Source: a virus (taxonomy: Duplodnaviria > Caudoviricetes). From it: a stretch of DNA of 64,000 bases. A model generated the notes under the pieces. The model was not told the origin of the DNA. It searched no databases and saw nothing but the letters and a program-made list of their open reading frames with translations. Each line of letters begins with the position of its first letter. Position 1 is the stretch's first letter. Made by a program: the position numbers and the translations under genes. Of this stretch, positions 36,224 to 44,969 are shown one piece after another. Location of the stretch: IMG/VR virus record IMGVR_UViG_2861736478_000001, positions 1 through 64,000 of that record. One strand, written 5' to 3'.

Positions 36224-36670
36224 ATGACCAGCTTCACCCCAAGCGAGATCCTTACCGGCATCGGCGACGCGCTTGCCGCGTTCGACAAGCTCAACCGCTT
36301 CACCCGGTACGTTCCCCTGGTTCCCGCTGTCTGGGCCTACTACTTCACCATTGGCGAGCTCACGGGCGACGCGATGCCCGTTGACGGGCTGGTCAAGGCG
36401 GGCGACGACGACGACGCCGCGCACGTCTTCACCGACGCCAAGGGCGGCAAGTGGATCAAGCGCTCTGCGCGCGGTCTGGCCAAGCTGGGCGGAGACGCCG
36501 CCTACCTCACGGCCATGCCCCCGGCGCAGTTCCGCGCCGTGATCGACAAGATCCGCGCCGACGCTGCGGAAGCCGAAAGCCAGCGCATCAGGGACGAGCT
36601 GGAGGCCGCCAAGGCGGAGCTGGCCGCGCTCAAGAGCGCCAAGCCCGCCGCCAAGCCCGCCGCGAAGTAG
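36224..36670 (+). CDS. Hypothetical protein with C-terminal coiled coil and PAAK tail
   Basis: ORF track; strong GC3 bias. Confidence 0.65.
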   Translation: MTSFTPSEILTGIGDALAAFDKLNRFTRYVPLVPAVWAYYFTIGELTGDAMPVDGLVKAGDDDDAAHVFTDAKGGKWIKRSARGLAKLGGDAAYLTAMPPAQFRAVIDKIRADAAEAESQRIRDELEAAKAELAALKSAKPAAKPAAK

Positions 36671-36754
36671 CACAACCGGCGCGCGGTTCGGGGACCGCGC
36701 GCCACCCCTCACGACCTAGCCAGTCAGCCAACCTCACCCGAACGGAGCAACACC

Positions 36755-37288
36755 ATGCGAATCCTGGTCAACGTCAAGACGCCACTACTCCGCAAGGCGG
36801 AGCGTTACGGCATCTCAGTTCACCGCGTCATGCACGACGCGTTGGCCGCCGCCGTGGCCAAGGCGGAAGCCGTCGCGCCCGTCAAGGTGTCCGACCGCAT
36901 CGCCGTCGCGAACCTATGCGTTGCGACGGCAGCGGAAGACTGGGCAGACATCCTGCACATGGCGGGAGTGGTCGCGCCGGTCCTCACCATGGAAGAGCGG
37001 AACGGCGTGCGTCACGTGGTCGCCGACGACGGTTGGCTTGTGCAGGTCTGCACGTGGCTGACCAAGAAGCCCGCAGAGGTGCGTATCGTCACGAACACGG
37101 CTGTCACCATCTGGCGTGAGCTGGCCGACGCGACTGGCCTTGCCGCCAAGTCCTACTCTCGCCGCACGCCGAAGCACCTGGAGAGCGCTTACGCCGACGC
37201 CGTTGCCACGCTGGCTGACGACATGGCCAAGACCAAGGCAGCTCTCGCGACGCACGTTGGCGACGTCGCGCCGCGCCGCCGCGCGTAG
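36755..37288 (+). CDS. Hypothetical protein
   Basis: GGAG RBS preceded by CTCACCCGAA. Confidence 0.65.
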   Translation: MRILVNVKTPLLRKAERYGISVHRVMHDALAAAVAKAEAVAPVKVSDRIAVANLCVATAAEDWADILHMAGVVAPVLTMEERNGVRHVVADDGWLVQVCTWLTKKPAEVRIVTNTAVTIWRELADATGLAAKSYSRRTPKHLESAYADAVATLADDMAKTKAALATHVGDVAPRRRA

Positions 37289-37293
37289 TCCGC

Positions 37294-37335
37294 GCGAAGC
37301 CGCCGCAGGCGATCACCGCTTGCGGCGGCTTTCGC
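37294..37335 (+). terminator. Terminator hairpin
   Basis: GCGAAGCCGCCGCAGGCG-ATCAC-CGCTTGCGGCGGCTTTCGC. Confidence 0.7.
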
Positions 37336-37410
37336 ATGTCTGGGGGTACCCCCCAGGAGCCGGCCGCTGGTCGCGCTGCTGTTGGCGTCGCACCTCGCCG
37401 GGGTTGCCGC

Positions 37411-37659
37411 ATGATGGTTGGTGTGTGGGTGGATCTTGATGGTGCTGCGTTGCGTGTTGGTGTGTCTCGTTCGACGGTGAATCGGTGGGTGGCGTCGGGT
37501 GCGCTTGGGTGTTGGGTGGTTGATGGGGTGTCGGGGGTGCCTCGGTTGCGTCGTCCGGGGGAGGGGGGTGGGGTAGTCAGCGTGTCGGAGTTGCTGAGGG
37601 TTGAGCGGGAACGGAGGAGGGCGCGGGGGCGGCCGGGGGCGCGACTTGATCGCCGATGA
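37411..37659 (+). CDS. Small HTH protein (MerR/HTH_17-like)
   Basis: VDLDGAALRVGVSRSTVNRWVASG. Confidence 0.55.
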   Translation: MMVGVWVDLDGAALRVGVSRSTVNRWVASGALGCWVVDGVSGVPRLRRPGEGGGVVSVSELLRVERERRRARGRPGARLDRR

Positions 37660-38236
37660 GGTTGGAGGCGATGTTGAGGGGGATGGCCAGAAGTAGTCCG
37701 ACCAGGAAGAACGCCCATTCGCGGAGGCGTTGGCGTTTCCTGTCGGATTTGGTGTCGCCGAGGATGAGGGCTTGGACGGCTTCGGCTTCCTCGCGGTCCA
37801 TGTTGATCAGCGTGCGTTGGCGCTCGGCTTCTTCGGTGAGTTTCTGATGTGCTGCTTGTTGGGTGGCGATCTCCTGGCGTAGCTCATCGGCTAGGACGCC
37901 GGCTTCGGCGAAGGCGGTGTTGGCTTGGCTGAAGGCGTCGTTTACGGCGTTGATGCGCTGCTGTAGCCGCTCGCTTGGATCTACTTCTATCTTCGGTCTG
38001 GGGAGCCTGGCTCGTCTGGTGACATAGAGGAGTCCCGCCGTGGTGAGCGTTCCGACGGCGCCGGCGGCAATTGCAACCCAAGGTGGGATTGTGGTGAGGA
38101 TGTCGTCGCCGATGAGTTGGACGGCGACGCCGACCGAGGCGGCAACGAGGCTGGCAATGGCAGCGAGCGTGCCCGCTGTTTGGTGTGAAGGCGCAGGCGG
38201 TTCGGGCCTGGGTGGGGGGGTGTTCTGGTCGGACAT
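37577..38236 (-). CDS. Membrane protein: 2 TM - coiled coil - 1 TM
   Basis: TM segments at both ends; ERLQQRINAVNDAF...AERQRTLI coiled coil; GGAG RBS. Confidence 0.75.
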   Translation of the reverse strand: MSDQNTPPPRPEPPAPSHQTAGTLAAIASLVAASVGVAVQLIGDDILTTIPPWVAIAAGAVGTLTTAGLLYVTRRARLPRPKIEVDPSERLQQRINAVNDAFSQANTAFAEAGVLADELRQEIATQQAAHQKLTEEAERQRTLINMDREEAEAVQALILGDTKSDRKRQRLREWAFFLVGLLLAIPLNIASNLIGDQVAPPAAPAPSSVPAQPSATPTR

Positions 38237-38429
38237 GCTCCATTGGCTACCTGGCGGCCGGGTGTGTGCGCAATGAAGTGATGAAATTGAGAGCTCTGAG
38301 CAACGCTCGACCCATGTTCGCAATTTTCGCGAAATGCTAGTAAGTCACGATAGGGTTCCCTTATCATGGGTTAGAAACCTTGATCATCTCGCTAGCCACG
38401 GGATGTTCCCTCACCCGAAAGAGGCAACA

Positions 38430-38657
38430 ATGAGCAACACGCACCAGCGCCTGAACGTCACGGAACTCCGTCCGGGGATGCGAATCCTAGACCGCGACAT
38501 CATCGCCACGTCGATCCGGCACTGTCCCTGCGCCCTGCCCGATCCCGACCTTGTCACCGAGGTCCGCTCGGCACGCAAGTACGCGCGCATCGCCTTCGGC
38601 AACTGCGCGCTCGTGAAGGTCCCCCTCGACCGGTTCGTCTCGGTCACGTCCGCCTAA
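38430..38657 (+). CDS. Small hypothetical protein
   Basis: GAGG RBS preceded by CTCACCCGAA. Confidence 0.6.
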   Translation: MSNTHQRLNVTELRPGMRILDRDIIATSIRHCPCALPDPDLVTEVRSARKYARIAFGNCALVKVPLDRFVSVTSA

Positions 38658-38735
38658 CCCCGTCAGCCCCGTCGGGTCGCGGGCACTAGCCATGCCCGCG
38701 ACTCATCTCCCACCTCTCACCCGAATCTGGAGCCA

Positions 38736-39110
38736 TTGATGAGCGACGCTCGCTTCCTGCCGTTCAACTCGCTGTACGTTCGTCCGAACCCGGACCACGT
38801 GGGCGTGCTGGAGATCCTCGACATAACCCTCTACCCGGACACCCTCTGGGGCTTCCACTTCTACGGCCCGGCCTCCCCGGGCAACTTCTACGACGACGGT
38901 CCGGTGTACGAGACGCTCGTCGAGGCGGACCACGTGTGGCAGGGCGACATGGAGCTAGGCACGGAAGACGACCTCCGAGCGTTTGCCGCGATCCTGCACG
39001 AGAGCCTCACCGGGGGAGGCGACGAGTTCTACGGGAGCGGCTGGACTCGTCTCCACTACCGGCCGCTCCCGAGCGCCGGCGTCGAACTGGCCGCCCAGGG
39101 CACGGCGTGA
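38736..39110 (+). CDS. Acidic hypothetical protein
   Basis: GGAG RBS preceded by CTCACCCGAA. Confidence 0.6.
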   Translation: MMSDARFLPFNSLYVRPNPDHVGVLEILDITLYPDTLWGFHFYGPASPGNFYDDGPVYETLVEADHVWQGDMELGTEDDLRAFAAILHESLTGGGDEFYGSGWTRLHYRPLPSAGVELAAQGTA

Positions 39111-39286
39111 GGGGAACCCGGCTCGACCTCACGCCTGTGAAGGACCGAAGCGCCGCTGAGCAGAAGTCGTTCGTCCGGGCTGGCGCGCACCTGCTGGTGA
39201 TGAAGCTGATGGGCGGCACGACCCTGACCGAGGACGAGATCGTCGCCGAGATCGTCCGCGCAGCCCGTTCCGGGCTCCCCTCCTGA
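39107..39286 (+). CDS. Small hypothetical protein
   Basis: GTGA overlap. Confidence 0.45.
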   Translation: MRGTRLDLTPVKDRSAAEQKSFVRAGAHLLVMKLMGGTTLTEDEIVAEIVRAARSGLPS

Positions 39287-39344
39287 CCAGCCCCTCCGAC
39301 CGGCGCCCAGCACGGGCGCCGGTCTCCCCCCGAAACGAGATCAC

Positions 39345-39860
39345 ATGAACGAGATACAGCCTCAGCGCGGCACCCTCGTGCCCACGCCCGAGGAGTGGCA
39401 GCCGGGCGACGTCGTGCTCGACAACCAGGGCAGTCTGTTCGCCCGAGCGTCGGCGCACGATGAGGCGAAAGGGTGGCCCTGGGGCTACACCTCGACTGCC
39501 GCCAGGGGATTCGACGGCGAAGCGTATGTGCCCGAGGGGTCTGTGGAAGAGGGTTATCCGACCCGTCCGCTCCGGCTCCTGGTCCGCGATGGCCGCACCG
39601 TTGCCAGCCCGGACACGAAGGCTCAGCCGTACCGAGCGTTCGACGGCGTTACCACGACCGACCTGATCCTGCTCGACCAGCTGCTGCGCGCCGACGAGAC
39701 CGGTTTGACCAAAGCGGCCGGACTGGCCGGGCGTATCCGGGAGGAACTGGCCCGCCGTCCCGCCCATGACAAGGAGGCCGCGCTGCGAGAAGTGTCCGAC
39801 ATGGCGGTCAGGTTCATCGGGACCGGCGTGTGGCCGCTGATGAACGAAAGCGGGGAATGA
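39345..39860 (+). CDS. Hypothetical protein
   Basis: ORF track. Confidence 0.55.
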   Translation: MNEIQPQRGTLVPTPEEWQPGDVVLDNQGSLFARASAHDEAKGWPWGYTSTAARGFDGEAYVPEGSVEEGYPTRPLRLLVRDGRTVASPDTKAQPYRAFDGVTTTDLILLDQLLRADETGLTKAAGLAGRIREELARRPAHDKEAALREVSDMAVRFIGTGVWPLMNESGE

Positions 39861-39935
39861 GACCGATGAGCGAGTGGCACCCCTGGTACGGCATGGATGA
39901 GGCTTCGGCGCGAGGCGGTCATTAGTGGATCTCCA

Positions 39936-40931
39936 ATGACCGCAGAGCTTGCGCCGCTGCGAGACGGTGCCCTACTCCTTGACGACGAGGTGGCGGAGCG
40001 GTTGGCCGCGCTCGACCAGGCGGCCGTCGCCTACTTGGACACGACGACGAAGCCGAACACCAGGCGCGCTTACGGCGACGACTGGCGGACGTGGACCAGG
40101 TTCTGCGCCGAGCTGCGCATCCCGGCCGGCGCGGCGACGCTGGGCACGCTGGTCGGGTTCGTCAACTGGTTGTACTCGGCCGGGAACGCGCCCTCCACGG
40201 TAGACCGGCGGCTGGCGGGCGTGTCGGTGACGTTCCGGGACGCGGGCAGGCCGATCGACAAGCCGGTCATGCAGGCCGCCCGGAAGGCGATGGCTGCGGA
40301 GGCGGACAACCTAGCCCGTGCCAACGAGCGACGTGGCCGGGGGAAGGCCCCCGCAGTCACGGTCGCGCAGCTGCGGCTGATGTGCCGGGCCTGCCCAAGC
40401 GACACGCTCGCCGGGATCCGCGACCGGGCGCTGCTCCTGATCGGGTTCGCCATCGCGGCACGACGGTCCGAGCTGGCCTCGCTGCACGTGTCCGACGTCG
40501 TCGAGGTCGAGGAGGGCCTGATCGTCACGGTCCGGTTCGGTAAGCGCGGCGCCCGCGAGGTGGCCGTGCCGTACGGGTCGAATCCGCTGACGTGCCCGGT
40601 CCGGGCGTGGCGGGCGTGGCTGGCCGCGTCCGGGCTCGTGGAGGGCCCGGCGTTCCGGTGGATCGACCGGCACGACAAGCTCCGGGATCGGGAACTGTCC
40701 GGTCAGGCTGTCGGGGACGTGGTGACCCGCGTTGCTGGACGGGCCGGGCTGGCAGGCCGGACGGCGCATGGCCTGCGCTCGGGCCTGGCGACAGAGGCCC
40801 GTCGCGCCGGGCATGACTCGGTGTCGATCGCTGCACAGGGTGGTTGGTCACCCACGTCAAGGGACCTATTCGGCTACATGCAGATCGTAGATCGCTGGGC
40901 TGACAACGCCGCAGCGGGACTCGGCCTGTGA
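39936..40931 (+). CDS. Cre/XerD-like tyrosine recombinase (resolvase type)
   Basis: NTRRAYGDDW; RDRALLLIGFAIAARRSEL (R); RFGK (K); AHGLRSG (HxxR); QGGW; FGYM (Y). Confidence 0.92.
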   Translation: MTAELAPLRDGALLLDDEVAERLAALDQAAVAYLDTTTKPNTRRAYGDDWRTWTRFCAELRIPAGAATLGTLVGFVNWLYSAGNAPSTVDRRLAGVSVTFRDAGRPIDKPVMQAARKAMAAEADNLARANERRGRGKAPAVTVAQLRLMCRACPSDTLAGIRDRALLLIGFAIAARRSELASLHVSDVVEVEEGLIVTVRFGKRGAREVAVPYGSNPLTCPVRAWRAWLAASGLVEGPAFRWIDRHDKLRDRELSGQAVGDVVTRVAGRAGLAGRTAHGLRSGLATEARRAGHDSVSIAAQGGWSPTSRDLFGYMQIVDRWADNAAAGLGL

Positions 40932-40935
40932 CCAT

Positions 40936-40969
40936 GGCTGAGTAGGGCTTGTTCAGGCCCTACTCAGCC
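40936..40969. terminator. Bidirectional terminator hairpin
   Basis: GGCTGAGTAGGGC...GCCCTACTCAGCC between convergent genes. Confidence 0.75.
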
Positions 40970-42027
40970 GCCCGGTCGGGCGCCTTCGGCTCGATCTTGA
41001 GCCTCTTGCGTGCCCACTCCACCAGGGGGTGAAGAGCCAAGCCGCTGGTCATCACAACAAGGATCGCAGCACCCAGTCCAGTGTCCCAGATGGTCTCCAG
41101 GCCGCCCCAGAGCATAAGACCGGAGATCAGGAACCACGTGCGCTTCTGAGATCGGAGCAGCCACATCAGCAGGCACCTGGCAGGGTGGGCGAGGCGTCGC
41201 CCAACCCACGCCGAGCGGGATTCCAGCCCTGCCCACAGGAGCCCGGCCGAGTAGCGGAGCAACTGCGTACGTGATCCGCCTGTCGCGATCTCCAGAAGAT
41301 CCCGCCGCCATATCTCGTCAGCTTCGGGCTCGGCTGCAAGGTACGACGCGATGTGCGAGATGCGACCGGCGGCAGTCCGGCGCAGCGGGATTTCCGTGTC
41401 TTCAGCCTGCAGTTCCGTGTAGCGACGCGCCACTCTTATGGCACATCCAATCGGATCCGTATTCAGATGCCGACGTGTCACCGAGCCTTCCTGCCATCGG
41501 TAGAAACCATGGCTGGAGCGCACTACCAAGCCGATCCCGACCGAGAGGGTAGGGTCATCGTCCACTTTGTATGTGCTGGTGACGCCGAGGCTATGCAGGT
41601 CCGCGCGGAGCTTCTTCATCGCTTGTTTGTCGATGGCGCTCTTGAAGCGGTCCTCGGCTAGCGACCGCGGTTCGTCGATCAATAGGTAGGCAAGGGGTTC
41701 CCACCGAACTGTGGCTCGGCGTTCAAGAACGAGCACGTAACCGTGCATCCAAGGCGTGGGTCCACGATGGGTTTGGTCGGAGGCACGGCGAATGCGCATC
41801 CCAAAGAGGGGGCTGGACTCCGAGACGAGGCCCTGTTCGCCTACGACAAAGGATTCTCCGCCCCGCCCATCGAACCCACGCGCCACCGCAAACTCGATCA
41901 CCTTGCGCGCCAGATCACCGAGTTCCTGCTGAACTCCAGGACTGATCCGTGCCTGGTCCTCTGCTTCGGCAGTTGTCCAGATAGAGAACGTGTAGGCATA
42001 GCCGCCAGCAATCAAGCGCTTGCTCAC
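40960..42027 (-). CDS. Multi-domain protein with C-terminal membrane segments, coupled to PadR-like regulator
   Basis: ATGA overlap with PadR gene; central LSV..GLVV......RW...DP...A.RVARRY.EL domain; C-terminal TMs; lower GC. Confidence 0.7.
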   Translation of the reverse strand: MSKRLIAGGYAYTFSIWTTAEAEDQARISPGVQQELGDLARKVIEFAVARGFDGRGGESFVVGEQGLVSESSPLFGMRIRRASDQTHRGPTPWMHGYVLVLERRATVRWEPLAYLLIDEPRSLAEDRFKSAIDKQAMKKLRADLHSLGVTSTYKVDDDPTLSVGIGLVVRSSHGFYRWQEGSVTRRHLNTDPIGCAIRVARRYTELQAEDTEIPLRRTAAGRISHIASYLAAEPEADEIWRRDLLEIATGGSRTQLLRYSAGLLWAGLESRSAWVGRRLAHPARCLLMWLLRSQKRTWFLISGLMLWGGLETIWDTGLGAAILVVMTSGLALHPLVEWARKRLKIEPKAPDRAAE

Positions 42028-42338
42028 AAGGCCTCAATCCATCGAAGTATTGGGCGAGGACGCTGGCGATTCGCCAATGCCGCAGTAGCTTGGCTCTCGC
42101 CCTCCGCGGTCAGCTCAACAAGGCGTCGGCGAGGACCGGTCGTTTCGGTTTCATCCCAGTGAGAGCGGACCCAGCCGATGCTCTCTAGCCGTCGCAAGAT
42201 CGGGTAGACGGTGCCGGAACCGTGGCCGGTGGCTTGGATGACCTCAAGCCCGTACGTGGGCGTGCTCTCCGCTGCTGCTTCAAGCAGAACGCCGAGCACG
42301 TCGCGGGTTGGTGTAGTGAGGCGAATCGGGACAGGCAT
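42024..42338 (-). CDS. PadR-family winged-helix regulator
   Basis: YGLEVIQATGHGSGTVYPILRRLESIGWV...GPRRRLVELTAEG. Confidence 0.9.
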   Translation of the reverse strand: MPVPIRLTTPTRDVLGVLLEAAAESTPTYGLEVIQATGHGSGTVYPILRRLESIGWVRSHWDETETTGPRRRLVELTAEGESQATAALANRQRPRPILRWIEAL

Positions 42339-42354
42339 TCACCCTCCGAGAATC

Positions 42355-42385
42355 GTTCTCGACCTATGTCGAGTACGACTCTACA
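42355..42385. promoter_or_regulatory. Autoregulatory operator-like palindrome upstream of PadR gene
   Basis: GTTCTCGAC-CTAT-GTCGAGTAC plus adjacent ACTCTAC half-site. Confidence 0.6.
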
Positions 42386-42417
42386 GGCTTCTCGGCAAGG
42401 ATGCGGGGCCCTCGTTC

Positions 42418-43707
42418 CTACTTGAACTCCTCGACTTCTTCGGCCAGCGCCGCCCTACGCTCCCCAGACAACGGGGCATGCGCATCGCTGAACTCGACGC
42501 TTGTGGGCAGATCGCAGGAGTTAAGACCAGCCAGGAGCGCCCTGGGCTCCGTGACCAAGTGCGAGTTTCTCCGGACGTAGAGCATTTCTCGCGGCGTCAG
42601 ATCTCGAACCACTAGCATGTCGTGAGCCTTCAGAAGGAGCATTGCTCCTACCTGTATTGTTACGACAGCATGCGGAGCAGCAGCCTCCATGAGTTTCGCA
42701 ACTGCGGCTGCCTTGGCGTCATCCACCTTGGCCTGTTCAAGATCTACCGCACGGAGTTGAATGGCGCGTTGCATCTCGGCGGCCAGGTCCTGTCCAAGGT
42801 CACAGTCGCGGATCTCCTTGGTGCGACGCCAGAGGCCCTTGAACAGCTTCGTGATCGAACCACGGAACGGTCCCTTGCAGGTACGTATGTCGTACCCATA
42901 GGCGTTGAGAACCTCTTCCAATGCCTCCTCGATGGGTGCCAGGGAAGCGTCATCGGCTTCACCTCCGACATACACCAGGATCCTGGGCTCCTGAACGAAA
43001 TCGCGGTTGAGGAGGGCCGCCATGTTTTCCTCGATCATCGACTGGGCGGCTGTCTCGGCGGTAACCGATGTCGAAGTGGAATGCGACGAATACTCCCCTT
43101 TCGGGGAGAACGTTGCTGCCCAGGCTCGGAGCGTGTCGGAGAACTCGCGCTCGGCGAGAGCAGCGTCGCGTGCCTTGCGGAAGCGGTCGCGGGCGGAGCG
43201 AAAACCACGCCACGTGTCCGTCTGAACCCTATTTGGGGCTTTCTTGATAGCAGTCGCCCACTGTTGTGAGAGTTCGTCGAAGGCGTCGGAGGTGGTGCTC
43301 CAATCGGTGGACGATGCCAACTCCTGGGCCTTGGCTACGATGCGGTCCAGCTCACGGGCGGCCCGCTCTTGCTCCCTTTCGTACGCTTGGCGAGACATGA
43401 CCTGTTCCGACAGCCTGTCGAGGTGACCTATTAGCCTGGTCAGATCGCCGATGCCCTCGGCGGCGGCTACTGCTTGGCGTAGCGCTGCAATGCGAGCGGG
43501 AGCATCGATGAGGTCCAGACCATGACCTCGAATTGCGTACCCAAGCAGCTGCACTTGCCTTGCCAGTTCGTCGTATCTGCGCCGTGAAGCCAGCTCATCT
43601 TTCGGCTCGTCGGCCCGCCGCGCCTGGAGGGCGCGTTCTCCCTCAGCGGTACGCGCGTTGACGGTGCTGTCGTCGTCTACCCAGCCCCGCCGATCGTTGC
43701 TCACCAT
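42418..43707 (-). CDS. DUF349-like repeat fused to an uncharacterised C-terminal domain
   Basis: AQELASSTDWSTTSDAFDELSQQW...TWRGFRSARDRF (DUF349 repeat); C-terminal GPFRGS...QRAIQLR..D.EQA.VD...IQVGAMLLLK...VVRDLT; lower GC. Confidence 0.65.
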   Translation of the reverse strand: MVSNDRRGWVDDDSTVNARTAEGERALQARRADEPKDELASRRRYDELARQVQLLGYAIRGHGLDLIDAPARIAALRQAVAAAEGIGDLTRLIGHLDRLSEQVMSRQAYEREQERAARELDRIVAKAQELASSTDWSTTSDAFDELSQQWATAIKKAPNRVQTDTWRGFRSARDRFRKARDAALAEREFSDTLRAWAATFSPKGEYSSHSTSTSVTAETAAQSMIEENMAALLNRDFVQEPRILVYVGGEADDASLAPIEEALEEVLNAYGYDIRTCKGPFRGSITKLFKGLWRRTKEIRDCDLGQDLAAEMQRAIQLRAVDLEQAKVDDAKAAAVAKLMEAAAPHAVVTIQVGAMLLLKAHDMLVVRDLTPREMLYVRRNSHLVTEPRALLAGLNSCDLPTSVEFSDAHAPLSGERRAALAEEVEEFK

Positions 43708-43981
43708 GTCCTCCCGCGGTTGTGATCAATCTTCTGGGACCAGGCATCGTGCCTCGAGTTGTTGGCTCTTCCCCGATTTCTGACGGCACGATTAGAGTCT
43801 GGTCGCCCAACAGTGGCGTCATTTCAGTCAACGCTAGAGGTGGGATCGCCGTTCTCGCCGCGGAATCCGACAGTTCGGCAGGGTTCACGCGCAATCGCGA
43901 TTGCGGCGACTTGACAAGCGTGCGTAGGGTAACGCCCATCGTGAGACGACTGTCTCCACGGCCATGATCTAACCCTTGAAC

Positions 43982-44011
43982 GGGCCCCGGACCTGCACAG
44001 GTTCGGGGCCC
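43982..44011 (+). terminator. Strong hairpin in leader of late region
   Basis: GGGCCCCGGACCTG-CA-CAGGTTCGGGGCCC. Confidence 0.6.
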
Positions 44012-44136
44012 TCACCATGGACGCGGGCATGTCCTGCACAGTGGTCCTGAGCCGGTCGCGCTGCTCATTTGGGGGAGTGAAGCGCGCGACCGGCCCGGGA
44101 ACCCAACATCGCCCCTCTGCACGAACGAGGTGGACC

Positions 44137-44775
44137 TTGACGGCATCCCGCTACATCGAGCACATGGCGCTCGCCTCTATCCCGCGCGCCCCTCGCAACC
44201 CCAAGGACCACGACCTCGAGGGAATCCGCGCCGCGATCGAGCAGTTCGGCCTCCTCATCGCGGGCGAACTCGACGACCGGACCGGCCGCCTGGTCGTCGG
44301 CCACGGCCGGCTCGAAGTCCTTGAGACGATGAAGGCGGAACGCGCGGGCGCGCCCTCCGGGGTGCAACTGGCCGACGATGGCGAGTGGATGGTCCCGATC
44401 CTGCGCGGCTGGGAGTCCCGGTCCGACGCCGACGCCGAGGCATACCTGATCGCCAACAACCACCTGTCCGAGAAGGGCGGCTGGCATGAGCAGGGCCTTG
44501 CGGACATGCTCGCCTCAATTGCGGCGATCGACGCGCAGCTACTGGCCGCGACGGGCTACAACACCGACGACTTGGCCGACCTCGAAGAGGCGCTGAACGC
44601 TGACCGGCCCACATTCGACGAGGACGATGAGCCGCTCCCCGAGCCGGGCGACGCCGACGAGGAAGACCGCCCGACCGTATGGGGCGTGGTCGTCACCTGC
44701 GAAAACGAAGATCAGCAGGTCGAGCTGCTCCAGCGCATGGTCAAGCAGGGATACAAGGTCCGCGCCCTCATGTGA
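44137..44775 (+). CDS. ParB/Srx-like N-terminal domain protein
   Basis: PRNPKDHD...I.QFG...LVVGHGRL...YLIANN.L.E.GGW; TTG 44137 with GAGGTG RBS. Confidence 0.85.
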   Translation: MTASRYIEHMALASIPRAPRNPKDHDLEGIRAAIEQFGLLIAGELDDRTGRLVVGHGRLEVLETMKAERAGAPSGVQLADDGEWMVPILRGWESRSDADAEAYLIANNHLSEKGGWHEQGLADMLASIAAIDAQLLAATGYNTDDLADLEEALNADRPTFDEDDEPLPEPGDADEEDRPTVWGVVVTCENEDQQVELLQRMVKQGYKVRALM

Positions 44776-44969
44776 CCTTCTCCCGGACCCGCATCTTCCG
44801 CAGCAGCTCGCCCGGCTGATCGCAGTCGATGGTCGGGCAGCGCTCCGGCCAGTCCCAGCCGATCGGGCCGAAGTAGTGGCCGCGGGGGCACCGGCCGTGC
44901 AGCTCGAACGGCGCGAATGGGTTCGCTACGGCTTGTTCCATCCCTCATCCCCTCGAAAGGCGGTGCGCG

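Noticed and set aside
35357-36712. 451-aa minus-strand ORF and 35395-36138 Gly/Pro-rich antisense ORF
   Set aside because: Mirror of the collagen-like gene; the plus-strand frame has the signal peptide, TM anchor and operator
37305-37323. GCAGGC-N7-GCTTGC as an operator copy
   Set aside because: Spacer is 7 bp and it lies within a longer terminator stem
43913-43940. TTGACA as a late promoter -35
   Set aside because: No TAnnnT hexamer at 16-18 bp spacing
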